A DNA stretch of 35,754 bases from Candidatus Egerieousia equi (lineage in GTDB: Bacteria; Bacteroidota; Bacteroidia; Bacteroidales; UBA932), in the NCBI GenBank assembly GCA_018065035.1, contig JAGHUC010000068.1, positions 1 to 35,754 of the forward strand, in the 5' to 3' direction. Positions 16,371 to 25,395 of this stretch are shown in pieces. Below the pieces are notes generated by a model. It saw only the letters and a list, made by a program, of their open reading frames with translations, was not told the DNA's origin and made no database searches. Position numbers and translations under genes: made by a program. How positions within the stretch are numbered: the stretch's first letter is position 1; each line of letters opens with the position of its first letter.

Positions 16371-17126
16371 ATGAGTATGAATTTAAAAAGACAGAAGATT
16401 ATGAGAAAGAGTTTTATGATTGTAGCGGCAGTTGCTGCTATGTCTTTCCTGATGGCCGGCAACAGGGCTGTGGCTCAGGATAATATGAAATATGTTGAGG
16501 TTACCGCCAAAGTTGACAAGCAGGTGGTTCCTGATGAACTGATGCTGAATGTCACCGTTTATGAGAAGGATTTGAAGAAACCTCAGACTCTGGAGAGCGT
16601 TGAAAAAGGAATGATCAAGGTGGTGACCGATCTGGGCTTGAATCCCAAGGAGGTCATGACAATAGACGATATGGGCGCCGCCCTGCGCAGGAAGTTCCTC
16701 AAGAAGGATGAGGTGCAGGAGAGAAGGTCATACACCTTGAAGCTTTCCAATGCCAATCAGCTGGCCATCTGTATGGACAGTTTCGGCCGGATGGGCATTT
16801 ACGACATGAATCTCGGTCAGATGAAGGTTTCCACCGAACTTGAGAAGCAGACAAAGGATGAGCTGCTTGCAGCTGCTGCACGTCAGGCAAAGGAGAATGC
16901 GGATGTCCTCACCGGAGCTCTTGACGCAAAGACAGGAAAACCTATTTATATTCAGTCATATTACAACATTGCCCAGGGCGGTTATCAGCCAAGATACATG
17001 CTCAAGTCAATGGCTATGATGGATTCCGCAGAGGGTGCGAATGCGGTACAGGGAACCGAGCTTGATGTAGACAAGGTTTCAGTGAGCATCAGCGTTACTT
17101 GCAGATTTGAAATCGATACCAAATAG
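16371..17126 (+). CDS. SIMPL-domain (DUF541/YggE-like) periplasmic protein
   Basis: 251 aa with an N-terminal signal or anchor (MRKSFMIVAAVAAMSFLMAG). The pattern YVEVTAKVDKQVVPDELMLNVTV...LESVEKGMIKVVTDLGLNPKEVMT and the Ala-rich helical C-terminal half fit the SIMPL family. Confidence 0.55.
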   Translation: MSMNLKRQKIMRKSFMIVAAVAAMSFLMAGNRAVAQDNMKYVEVTAKVDKQVVPDELMLNVTVYEKDLKKPQTLESVEKGMIKVVTDLGLNPKEVMTIDDMGAALRRKFLKKDEVQERRSYTLKLSNANQLAICMDSFGRMGIYDMNLGQMKVSTELEKQTKDELLAAAARQAKENADVLTGALDAKTGKPIYIQSYYNIAQGGYQPRYMLKSMAMMDSAEGANAVQGTELDVDKVSVSISVTCRFEIDTK

Positions 17127-17136
17127 CTGCCTGATT

Positions 17137-17214
17137 GCGGCAGTCACTTCATCTGAAAAATTCCGCCTTTCCGTGGCGGAATTTTTCATATTCCAGTGAC
17201 CTGCCGTTTTTTTT
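17137..17214 (+). repeat. nested palindromic element, family A (copy 2) ending in T8 run
   Basis: The same outer arms as copy 1. The apical stem is ttCCGCC/GGCGGaa instead of aaGCGCC/GGCGCtt. It begins 11 nt after the SIMPL stop and is followed by TTTTTTTT. Confidence 0.85.
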
Positions 17215-17265
17215 CGTACTAAGAAGTAATTTTTTAAATATTTATTGTAAAACAATAAAATTTTG

Positions 17266-17273
17266 TATATTTG
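17266..17273 (+). promoter_or_regulatory. candidate -7 box TAtaTTTG for nfeD-floT operon
   Basis: TAnnTTTG lies 29 nt upstream of the ATG at 17302 in an AT-rich region. Confidence 0.3.
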
Positions 17274-17301
17274 CAGTAATTATTTATCAAAACATTTGGA
17301 T

Positions 17302-17907
17302 ATGGAATGGTGGAATTCATTGAGCCTCCCTATGCAGATACTCTGGGGAGTGACTTTGGTAGCTTCTTTAATCTTTGTAATTCAGAGCATTATGACCTTT
17401 ATCGGAGCCGATGCCGATTCTTCGGATTTTTCCACAGGCGATAGTGATCTCAGCGGGGCCGATGGTGTGGATTCCGATTCTGACAGCGGTTCCAACCTGC
17501 TAACATTCAGGAACCTTGTGAATTTCTGCATGGGTTTCGGCTGGTCCGCAATCCTGCTACAGCAGTCAATAGAGTCAGTGGCTGTCCTTATGATTGTGGC
17601 GGTTGCCATTGGCGTTGGTCTGGTTGCGGCAGTGATTTACCTTTTCAAGTGGATGAACTCCATGCAGCAGTCAGGTAACATCGATCTCTATCAGTGTGCA
17701 AGCGGCTGCGAGGGCAGCGTGTATCTCAGAATTCCCGCAGAGCGCAAAGGCGAGGGAAAGGTTCAGATTACCATCAACGGTTGTGTGAGGGAGTATGACG
17801 CTGTCACCGACGGGCCTGCAATACCTACCGGAGCCTGCATAAAGGTGGTTGAGGTTGTGAACAACAGCACGGTCCTTGTTGAGGAGGCCGGCGCCATGAT
17901 AATTTGA
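17302..17907 (+). CDS. NfeD-like (YuaF-type) membrane protein, partner of flotillin
   Basis: About 201 aa from ATG 17302 (the ORF track starts at an upstream TTG). Two TM helices, an Asp/Ser-rich linker and a C-terminal OB-fold-like beta domain (GKVQITINGCVREYDAV...IKVVEVVNNSTVLVEE). It sits immediately upstream of an SPFH gene. Confidence 0.7.
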   Translation: MEWWNSLSLPMQILWGVTLVASLIFVIQSIMTFIGADADSSDFSTGDSDLSGADGVDSDSDSGSNLLTFRNLVNFCMGFGWSAILLQQSIESVAVLMIVAVAIGVGLVAAVIYLFKWMNSMQQSGNIDLYQCASGCEGSVYLRIPAERKGEGKVQITINGCVREYDAVTDGPAIPTGACIKVVEVVNNSTVLVEEAGAMII

Positions 17908-17953
17908 TGAACCATCGCTGTAGAAGAATATTAACCTTATAAATTATAGTATC

Positions 17954-19378
17954 ATGTACATCTATCTTATTGTTATCATTGTAGTGGTTCTTTTCGTGAG
18001 CCTTTCAGCCATCATGGCAAGGTACAAGAGATGCCCTTCAGACAAGATTCTTGTAATCTACGGAAAAACAGGAAGAAACAAACAGGGTGGCATTTCATCT
18101 GCAAAGTGCGTGCATGGAGGCGCTTCATTCATCTGGCCTGTGTTCCAGAGCTATGCGTTCATGGACCTCACACCTATCTCTATAGAGTGCAACCTTACGA
18201 ATGCGCTTTCAAAACAGAATATCCGAGTTGACGTTCCTTGCCGCTTCACCGTTGCAATTTCAACCGAGCCGGACAACATGACCAATGCCGCAGAGCGCCT
18301 TCTGGGGCTCTCAACCGAGGATATACGCAATATTGCAACGGATATTCTCTTCGGTCAGCTCCGTCTTGTGATTGCAACAATGGACATTGAGGAAATCAAC
18401 TCAGACCGTGACAAGTTCCTTGCAAACGTAAGCACTAACGTTGAGGCCGAGCTCAGAAAAATCGGTCTGAAGCTTATCAACGTGAACGTTACCGATATAC
18501 GTGATGAGTCCGGTTACCTCGAGGCTCTTGGAAAGGAGGCTGCGGCAAAGGCTATCAATGACGCCAAGAAGAGCGTTGCCGAGCAGAACCGCTACGGTGA
18601 GATTGGTAAGGCCGAGGCCGACAGGGACAAGGATATCAGAATTGCCGAAACATCAAGGGATACACGTATCAAGACCGCCGATGCCAATGCAAAGGCCGTT
18701 GAAGGTGAGAACAATTCAAAGATAGCAATCGCCCAGTCAGACGCACTGCGCCGTGAAAGACAGGCGGAGGCCGAGCGTCAGGCGGTAGCCGCTGAGAAGG
18801 TTCAGGCCGCAAAGGCGCTTGAGGAGGCTTACAAATCAGAGCGTGACGCCGAACTTGCACGTGCCGAGAGGGAGAAAGCCACACAGATGGCAAACATTGT
18901 GGTTGCAGCACAGATTGAGAAGGAGAAGGCAATCATTGAGGCCGAGGCTCTTGCAGAGCAGTTCAGAAGGAAGGCTCAGGGTGAAGCTGACGCCATTTAC
19001 GCAAAGATGGAGGCTCAGGCCCGCGGTACTCTCGAGATTCTCTCAAAACAGGCCGACGGTTTCAACAGAATGGTTCAGGCCGCTGCAAACGATCCTCAGC
19101 AGGCAGTGCTCATGATGATAGCGGACCGCTTGCCGGAGCTTGTGAAGACTCAGGTGGAGGCAGTTAAGGGCATCAACATAGACAAGGTCACAGTCTGGGA
19201 CAATGGCTCAGGCAAGGATGGAAAGACCGCAACCGCAAACTTCGTTTCAGGTCTCATGCAGTCAGTTCCACCATTGGAGGACCTTTTCAAGATGGCCGGA
19301 ATGAACCTCCCTTCATATCTCAAGGGCAAGGACACTGAAAACGCTGAAGTCGTAGAAAACACTGAATCAGCAGAATGA
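17954..19378 (+). CDS. flotillin-like SPFH/band-7 protein
   Basis: 474 aa with an N-terminal TM helix, an SPFH domain and a long Ala/Glu-rich coiled coil (EAERQAVAAEKVQAAKALEEAYK...). This is the classic NfeD-flotillin gene pair. Confidence 0.85.
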   Translation: MYIYLIVIIVVVLFVSLSAIMARYKRCPSDKILVIYGKTGRNKQGGISSAKCVHGGASFIWPVFQSYAFMDLTPISIECNLTNALSKQNIRVDVPCRFTVAISTEPDNMTNAAERLLGLSTEDIRNIATDILFGQLRLVIATMDIEEINSDRDKFLANVSTNVEAELRKIGLKLINVNVTDIRDESGYLEALGKEAAAKAINDAKKSVAEQNRYGEIGKAEADRDKDIRIAETSRDTRIKTADANAKAVEGENNSKIAIAQSDALRRERQAEAERQAVAAEKVQAAKALEEAYKSERDAELARAEREKATQMANIVVAAQIEKEKAIIEAEALAEQFRRKAQGEADAIYAKMEAQARGTLEILSKQADGFNRMVQAAANDPQQAVLMMIADRLPELVKTQVEAVKGINIDKVTVWDNGSGKDGKTATANFVSGLMQSVPPLEDLFKMAGMNLPSYLKGKDTENAEVVENTESAE

Positions 19379-19407
19379 TTTTCCACCGGCGACAGTAATT
19401 CAAAATT

Positions 19408-19538
19408 TATAGAACTCAAGTTTCGCAAAGCGAAACACCCTTTTGAGGCATTTATGCCGATGAAAAAGTCCCTCTCTTTTGGAGAGGGATATAGGGAGAG
19501 GGTAAAACACCAGGAAAGTGCGAAACTTGAGTTATAGA
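19408..19538. repeat. about 130-bp cassette bounded by 13-20 bp inverted repeats (core CTCAAGTTTCGCA / TGCGAAACTTGAG)
   Basis: A perfect 13-bp inverted repeat sits at 19415-19427 and 19519-19531, extendable to about 20 bp. The interior contains small hairpins (GTTTCGCaaaGCGAAAC; CCCTCTCttttggAGAGGG) and a 27-codon ORF. Confidence 0.6.
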
Positions 19539-19551
19539 ATATCACCAGAGT

Positions 19552-19761
19552 ATGGTAATAGTAAACATTGATGTAATGCTCGCCCGCAGGAAGATGTCCT
19601 GCGGGGAGCTTGCACAAAAGATAGGCATAACTCCCGCAAACCTTTCCATCCTGAAGACCGGAAAGGCAAAGGCAATACGCTTTTCAACAATGGATGCTAT
19701 ATGCAAGGCCCTGGATTGCCAGCCATCGGACATCTTCGAATGGCGGCCTGAGGAAACTTGA
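19552..19761 (+). CDS. XRE-family helix-turn-helix transcriptional regulator (Cro/CI-type)
   Basis: 69 aa. NIDVMLARRKMSCGELAQKIGITPANLSILKTGKAKAIRFSTMDAICKALDCQPSDIFEW fits the small HTH_XRE pattern. Confidence 0.8.
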   Translation: MVIVNIDVMLARRKMSCGELAQKIGITPANLSILKTGKAKAIRFSTMDAICKALDCQPSDIFEWRPEET

Positions 19762-19871
19762 TTGAAAAAATATAGTTCTATGTATTGCAAGGTAGTATAA
19801 ATTATATATCTTTGTGCGAGAAAAACAGATTTATCAATTTACAACCAATAAATAATTTCAGACTTTTGATT

Positions 19872-22736
19872 ATGAAAAAGTTATTTTGTGTTCTTGCTTT
19901 TGTGCTCGGCATGGTAGCCAGCGCATCTGCACAGTTCCTCAATCCACAGCAGCCGGTTCCTAACGACACCACAGTCGTAAGCGGCAAGTTGGACAACGGA
20001 CTTACCTATTACATCAAACACAATGAGAAACCGGCTCAGAGAGCTGATTTCTATATCGTATCAAATGTTGGTTCAATCCAGCAGGACAGCACACAGGGCG
20101 GTCTTGCCCACTTCCTTGAGCACATGTGCTTCAACGGCCTCAAGGATTTCCCTGACAAGGAACTGTTCACATACCTCGAGGGCATAGGTGCAAAGTTCGG
20201 TGCCAACATAAATGCAGGAACAGGCATAGAGACAACATCTTACATGCTCAACAACATTCCTGTTACAAGAACAGGCATAGTTGATTCCTGCCTGCTCATT
20301 CTTCAGAACTATGGTGCATTCGTAACCTGTGACCCTAAGGCCATTGACGATGAGCGCGGAGTTATCATTGAGGAGAAGAGGACAAGGAATACAGCAAGCT
20401 GGAGATACCAGACCTTCATGCTGAACCATCTTGCCAAGGGAAGCAAATATGCTCTTGCTCTCGATGAACTCATTGGCAGCGAGGAGCAGCTGAAAACTTT
20501 CAAGCCACAGACACTCGTCGATTACTATCATACCTGGTATCGTCCGGACCTTCAGGCCATAATAGTTGTAGGAGACGTTGACGTGAACTATGTTGAGAAC
20601 CAGATAAAGAAGACTTTCAACGTACTCCCTAAAAGGGAGAACCCTAAACCAAAGGAGTTTGTTAAAATCCCTGGAAACGAGCAACCGATTACTGGCGTGT
20701 TCACAGACAAGGAGTTCCCTCAGACCCAGGTGACAATGTTTTTCAAACAGGACCCTATACCTGTTGAGTACAGGAATCTTGGAATGGTTGTTCTTGTGGA
20801 TCTTTACAAGGATGTGGCCAGCACAATCCTCAACGAAAGATTCAACGACATTGCCTCTAAACCTGATGCGCCTTTCCTCAATGCCGGAGCAGGCTTCAAT
20901 TCAATGTTCGTAACACTTGATATGCTTTCGCTCAGCGTGCAGACCAAGGAAGATGCCATGGTTTCAGGCTTCCAGGCAGCTTTGAACGAACTCGAGAGAG
21001 CAAAGCGTTTCGGCTTCACAAACGCTGAGTTCGAGAGAGCCAAGAGCAATGTTCTCAAACGTTATGAGCGCGCCGCAGAGAATGAGGCAGGCCGTGAGAA
21101 CGGTACAATTGTTTACGACTATATCAACGCCTTTACAAAAGGTTATGCATACCCATCTCCAAGCAAGGAGTATGAGATTGTGAAGGGCTATTTCGAGGTT
21201 GGCGCAGTAACACTTCCTGCAATTAACCAGCTTATGGCTCAGGCAATCGACTACAAGGATGTGGTTATTCTTGCAGCAGCTCCTGAGAAAGAGGGCATCA
21301 AACTTCCGGGCGAGGATGAACTCGTTGCTACTGTTGCCACAGCACAGGCTGCAGAACTTACAGCACCTGTTGAGGAGAACGCAAACGAGCCTCTCGTTGA
21401 TGCAGCTGCTCTCAAGGGCTCCAAGGTAAAGAAAGTGTCCGAGGACAAGTTCGGCACACAGAAGGTCGTACTTGCCAACGGTGTTGAAATATACCTCAAG
21501 AAGACAGATTTCAAGAAGGACGAGGTGATGTTCAAGATTTATGTCGAGGGTGGAAAATCCGTTCTTTCAGACGATATGCTTCCAGTTTGGTCCGATGACC
21601 TTGGCAACGGCAGCATCTTCATTGCATACGCCGGACTTTCAAAGTTCCCGCAGCCTGCTCTTGAAAAGGCTCTTGCCGGTAAGGCCGCTCACGTATCACC
21701 ATTCGTAAGCAATCTCTCAAACGGCATTTCAGGCTCCGGTTCACCAAAGGACTTCGAGACTATGATGCAGCTTGCATACCTGTATTTCGTTGATCCAAGA
21801 TTCAATGCCGATGAAATCAACGTTGGCGTGAACATGGTCAAGCAGATGCTTCCTAACATTCTCAAGGACCCTAACACAATCTTTGGAATAGAATTCCAGA
21901 AGACATTGTTCGGCAACAGCCCAAGAAGACCTCAGCTGGACGAGAACTTCATGGACAAGGCAACTGTTGAGAAATTCGAGCAGTCTTACAGACAGCTGTT
22001 CAGCAATGCAAAGAATGCAAAGATGTTCATTGTAGGTAATGTTGAGCTTTCAGAAATCCAGCCAATGCTCGAGAAATACATAGGTTCCCTCCCAATGGGC
22101 AAGAAGGCTGTCAAGAAGACAGACAACGTTGCAATGCCTGTAAAGGGCAAGGTTGAGAATGTGTTCAAAGCACAGATGACAGCTCCTAAGACAACAGTAG
22201 GTCTGGTTTACAATGGAAACATTGAGTGGACTCTCAAGAATGCCGTTGCCATTTCAGCCTTGAAGAATATCCTTGACCTCACTTACACAAAGACCATCCG
22301 TGAGGAAGAGGGCGGTACATACGGTGTAGGCGTAGGCTCACAGCTTTCAGTATATCCTGAGTCACGCGCTATTGTCATCATGCAGTTCGATACGGATCCT
22401 GCAAAGGCCGACAAACTCTGCGCAAAGACAATCGAGGGCATTGAGGACATTGCTGCAAACGGTGTTTGCCAGGATTACATTGACAAGACACGTGAGACAA
22501 TGCTCAAGAGCGTTCCTGAGCAGCAGATTACCAACGGCTACTGGCTCGGCGTGATAGACAGCTACGTTACCGAGGGTCACGATGTTGATACAGAGAAACT
22601 TGATACCATCAAGGAAGTTGTTACTTCAGACAATATCAAGGCTCTTGCAAACGCTATCCTTTCACAGGGTAACTTCGCAAAGATTATCATGAGTCCTGAG
22701 GCAGCTCCTGAGGCTGCTCCTGCAGAGGCAAAATAA
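19872..22736 (+). CDS. M16-family zinc metallopeptidase (pitrilysin/insulinase-like), secreted
   Basis: Signal peptide MKKLFCVLAFVLGMVASASA from ATG 19872 (the ORF track extends to 19785). Inverted zinc motif HFLEHMCFNG and downstream NAGTGIETTSY. About 954 aa with tandem M16 halves. TAtcTTTG box at 19807-19814. Confidence 0.85.
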   Translation: MKKLFCVLAFVLGMVASASAQFLNPQQPVPNDTTVVSGKLDNGLTYYIKHNEKPAQRADFYIVSNVGSIQQDSTQGGLAHFLEHMCFNGLKDFPDKELFTYLEGIGAKFGANINAGTGIETTSYMLNNIPVTRTGIVDSCLLILQNYGAFVTCDPKAIDDERGVIIEEKRTRNTASWRYQTFMLNHLAKGSKYALALDELIGSEEQLKTFKPQTLVDYYHTWYRPDLQAIIVVGDVDVNYVENQIKKTFNVLPKRENPKPKEFVKIPGNEQPITGVFTDKEFPQTQVTMFFKQDPIPVEYRNLGMVVLVDLYKDVASTILNERFNDIASKPDAPFLNAGAGFNSMFVTLDMLSLSVQTKEDAMVSGFQAALNELERAKRFGFTNAEFERAKSNVLKRYERAAENEAGRENGTIVYDYINAFTKGYAYPSPSKEYEIVKGYFEVGAVTLPAINQLMAQAIDYKDVVILAAAPEKEGIKLPGEDELVATVATAQAAELTAPVEENANEPLVDAAALKGSKVKKVSEDKFGTQKVVLANGVEIYLKKTDFKKDEVMFKIYVEGGKSVLSDDMLPVWSDDLGNGSIFIAYAGLSKFPQPALEKALAGKAAHVSPFVSNLSNGISGSGSPKDFETMMQLAYLYFVDPRFNADEINVGVNMVKQMLPNILKDPNTIFGIEFQKTLFGNSPRRPQLDENFMDKATVEKFEQSYRQLFSNAKNAKMFIVGNVELSEIQPMLEKYIGSLPMGKKAVKKTDNVAMPVKGKVENVFKAQMTAPKTTVGLVYNGNIEWTLKNAVAISALKNILDLTYTKTIREEEGGTYGVGVGSQLSVYPESRAIVIMQFDTDPAKADKLCAKTIEGIEDIAANGVCQDYIDKTRETMLKSVPEQQITNGYWLGVIDSYVTEGHDVDTEKLDTIKEVVTSDNIKALANAILSQGNFAKIIMSPEAAPEAAPAEAK

Positions 22737-22799
22737 TCTTCTACTGCGATAGTACATTCTTCCGCTTGTTGCGGCAGACATACCTTCTTCCGCTTGATT

Positions 22800-22870
22800 G
22801 CGGCAGTCACTTCATCTGAAAAATTCCGCCTTTCCGGGGCGGAATTTTTTAGATTCCAGTGACCTGCCGC
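22800..22870 (+). repeat. nested palindromic element, family A (copy 3) plus upstream partial duplicate at 22757-22785
   Basis: The same arms and apical stem as copy 2. It begins about 60 nt after the M16 stop. Its 5' flank cttccgcttgTTGCGGCAG is duplicated. Confidence 0.85.
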
Positions 22871-23056
22871 TGAATTTGGTCACGTTTTTTTTGTGAAAAT
22901 GTGCCCGTTTCCCATTCCCAAAGTCAGTTTGCTAAAACAGCTTCCCGGATATATTCGTAAATGTAACTCTTCGGGCGAAAGAGTGTGAATAATTGGGAGA
23001 TATTGCGTAACTTTGTATTATAACCATCGCAGTAAAATATTTAATAAAAGATAGAT

Positions 23057-24280
23057 ATGAAATATAATTTTGACCAGATTATCGAGCGCAGAGGAACTGA
23101 TTGCTTGAAGTATGACAGAACGCCAAAAGATGTGATTCCGTTGTGGATAGCGGATATGGACTTTGCTACACCGGATTTCGTAATGGAGGCTATTCAAAAA
23201 CGTTTGAGCTGCCCTGTGCTGGGATATCCTCAGATGCCAAAGGACTATTTCAAGACTATCGCCGGGTGGGTGAGGAAACTGCACGGGTGGAACGTGAAGC
23301 CTGAGTGGATGTGCTTTGTGCCGGGTATCGTTAAGGGTATAGGTCTGGTTGAATGGAGCTTGATTCCAAGAGGAGCTAAGGTTATCATCCAGCCGCCTGT
23401 GTATCATCCTTTCCGTCTGGTTTCACAGAAGAACGAGATGGAACTGCTGTACAATCCTCTGATTCCTGTATATGAGGAGGAGTGCGCCGCCGGTTGTGGA
23501 AAAGGCGCCGGAAAACGTCTGGTTGGCTATGAGATGGATTTCGAGTCATTGGAAAAGTGCATGGAGAACGGAGGAAAACTGCTCATCCTTTCAAATCCTC
23601 ACAATCCTGCAGGTATCTGCTGGAGCAGGGAGACTCTTGAGAGAGTTGCATCACTCAGCGCAAAGCACGGCGTGCTCGTAATTTCCGATGAGATTCATGC
23701 GGAAATGGCTCATAAGGGCTTCAAACATATTCCTTTTGCAAGCGTGAGCGAGGAAGCCGCACAGAACAGCATCACATTCATGTCACCTTCAAAGACTTTC
23801 AACATAGCAGGTGTTGTTTCTTCATACGCAATCGTTCCTAATCCGGAATTGAGAAAACGCTTCTTCACATTTATGGAGGCGAACGAGCTGGACAATCCTT
23901 CCATCTTCTCTGCTGTGGTTACCATGGCGGCTTACAAGCATGGCGCTGACTGGAGAAGGCAGATGCTCAGGTACGTTGAATCCAATATTGCATACGTTGA
24001 CAAATACCTCAGACGCAACATTCCGTGTGTGAAGGCTATGCTGCCGCAGGCATCGTTCCTGATCTGGCTCGATTGCAGCGGACTCGGACTCTGTCAGGAG
24101 AAACTGGTTAATTTCCTTGTAAAGAAAGCACATCTTTTCATGAACGATGGTACAATGTTCGGTCCTGAAGGAGCAGGTTTTGTCCGTCTGAACATTGCCT
24201 GTCCTCGCAGCGTTCTTACCCAGGCCCTTGATCAGCTCAGGGATGCTGTTGCCGCCATGAAGTGTTCGTGCAGAAAATAA
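23057..24280 (+). CDS. PLP-dependent C-S lyase / aminotransferase class I-II (PatB/MalY family, cystathionine beta-lyase-like)
   Basis: 407 aa. SPSKTFNIAG carries the PLP-binding Lys. The N-terminus FDQIIERRGTDCLKYD is typical of MalY/PatB. TAacTTTG box at 23008-23015. Confidence 0.8.
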   Translation: MKYNFDQIIERRGTDCLKYDRTPKDVIPLWIADMDFATPDFVMEAIQKRLSCPVLGYPQMPKDYFKTIAGWVRKLHGWNVKPEWMCFVPGIVKGIGLVEWSLIPRGAKVIIQPPVYHPFRLVSQKNEMELLYNPLIPVYEEECAAGCGKGAGKRLVGYEMDFESLEKCMENGGKLLILSNPHNPAGICWSRETLERVASLSAKHGVLVISDEIHAEMAHKGFKHIPFASVSEEAAQNSITFMSPSKTFNIAGVVSSYAIVPNPELRKRFFTFMEANELDNPSIFSAVVTMAAYKHGADWRRQMLRYVESNIAYVDKYLRRNIPCVKAMLPQASFLIWLDCSGLGLCQEKLVNFLVKKAHLFMNDGTMFGPEGAGFVRLNIACPRSVLTQALDQLRDAVAAMKCSCRK

Positions 24281-24334
24281 TATTTCAGCAGTGCTATGGC
24301 ATTGTTGAATCTGGCAGGAACTTGATTCCTGGTT

Positions 24335-25123
24335 TTGAAGAATAACATGAAGGAAGAAGGAGGATTTGCCGGCTGGCAGGAGCGCAGTGAAATACTGCTC
24401 GGCAGTTCCGGGCTTGAAAGGTTGCGCGGTGCGTTCGTGGCTGTGATAGGCCTTGGCGGTGTTGGTGCATACGCCGCCGAAATGCTCGTGCGTGCGGGTG
24501 TGGGACGTCTGCTTCTGCTCGATTCGGACAGAGTGAGTGTTTCGAACAAGAACAGGCAGTTGCTGGCGCTGGATTCAACTGTTGGTCTCAGGAAATGTGA
24601 TGTCATGGCCGCCCGTGCGCATGATATAAATCCTCAAGTTGAACTGATTCTTGTTGATGACTACATCCTGGGTGAAATCTATGATTCTTCACAGTCTGGC
24701 CAGGATGGTAAAACAGTTGCACAGATTCTGGATCCTTATAAAGCTTCCCTTGATTACGTGGTTGATGCCATAGATACGCTTTCTCCTAAGATTGCTCTCA
24801 TCAAGTACTGCATGGACAACGCACTTCCGCTTGTCAGTTCAATGGGCAGCGGAGCAAAGATGGATGCAACGGCGGTGCGTGTGACCGACATCTCCAAATC
24901 GTATAATTGTCCACTGGCATATATACTCAGGAAGAAATTGCGCAAGCTTGGTGTGTCCAAGGGGTTCAAGGCGGTGTTTTCGGAGGAATTGCCTGACCGT
25001 AACGCAATAGTACAGGCAGAGGAACGCAACAAGAAGTCACAGGTGGGCACGATATCGTATCTTCCGGCGGTGTTCGGCTGCGTTTGCGCCCAGACTTGCA
25101 TCAAGGGCATCCTTGATTATTGA
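24335..25123 (+). CDS. tcdA: tRNA threonylcarbamoyladenosine dehydratase (ThiF/E1-like)
   Basis: 262 aa. Rossmann motif VIGLGGVGAYAAEMLVRAGVGRLLLLDSD and an overall ThiF/MoeB-like organisation typical of TcdA/CsdL. Confidence 0.75.
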   Translation: MKNNMKEEGGFAGWQERSEILLGSSGLERLRGAFVAVIGLGGVGAYAAEMLVRAGVGRLLLLDSDRVSVSNKNRQLLALDSTVGLRKCDVMAARAHDINPQVELILVDDYILGEIYDSSQSGQDGKTVAQILDPYKASLDYVVDAIDTLSPKIALIKYCMDNALPLVSSMGSGAKMDATAVRVTDISKSYNCPLAYILRKKLRKLGVSKGFKAVFSEELPDRNAIVQAEERNKKSQVGTISYLPAVFGCVCAQTCIKGILDY

Positions 25124-25145
25124 TATTTCACACGGTTTCATATTT

Positions 25146-25335
25146 TCGAGCAGGTTTGGCCACCCAACCTGCTCGTTTTGCCGGAAAACTTGGGATTCGA
25201 GCAGGTTTGACCCCTCAACCTGCTCGTTTTGCCTGAAAACTTGGGATTCGAGCAGGTTTGGCCCCTCAACCTGCTCGTTTTGCCTGAAAACTTGGGATTC
25301 GAGCAGGTTTGGCCCCCCAACCTGCTCGTTTTGCC
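25146..25335 (+). repeat. 51-bp tandem repeat, about 3.7 units, each unit a GAGCAGGTTTG...CAACCTGCTCG hairpin followed by TTTTG
   Basis: Unit: cgagcaggtttggcccctcaacctgctcgttttgcctgaaaacttgggatt. The stems are conserved and the loops vary (ccaccc/cccctc/cccccc). There are no unique spacers. It lies between the tcdA stop and the metG promoter. Confidence 0.9.
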
Positions 25336-25387
25336 AAAGCTACCGGAGTAACCCTCAGTTTATTAGGATTTGTGCGAGGTAAGCCTT

Positions 25388-25395
25388 AATTTTGC
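25388..25395 (+). promoter_or_regulatory. candidate -7 box TAatTTTG for metG
   Basis: TAnnTTTG lies 40 nt upstream of the metG ATG and downstream of the hairpin array. Confidence 0.3.

Noticed and set aside
25146-25335. Possible CRISPR array (regular 51-bp periodicity of a palindromic repeat)
   Set aside because: The units are repeated in their entirety. The would-be spacers (gttttgcctgaaaacttgggatt) are the same in every unit, so there are no unique spacers. No cas genes or leader are present. It is classified as a tandem hairpin repeat.
25146-25335. Integron attC (59-be) sites
   Set aside because: There is no integrase, the units are identical rather than cassette-specific, and the R'' / R' core sequences (RYYYAAC / GTTRRRY) are not present in the expected arrangement.
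25113-25382. ORF-track CDS 25113..25382 (+, 89 aa, CSFCxKTWDSSRFGP repeats) and 25138..25320 (-)
   Set aside because: These are translations of the 51-bp tandem hairpin repeat with no independent coding signal.
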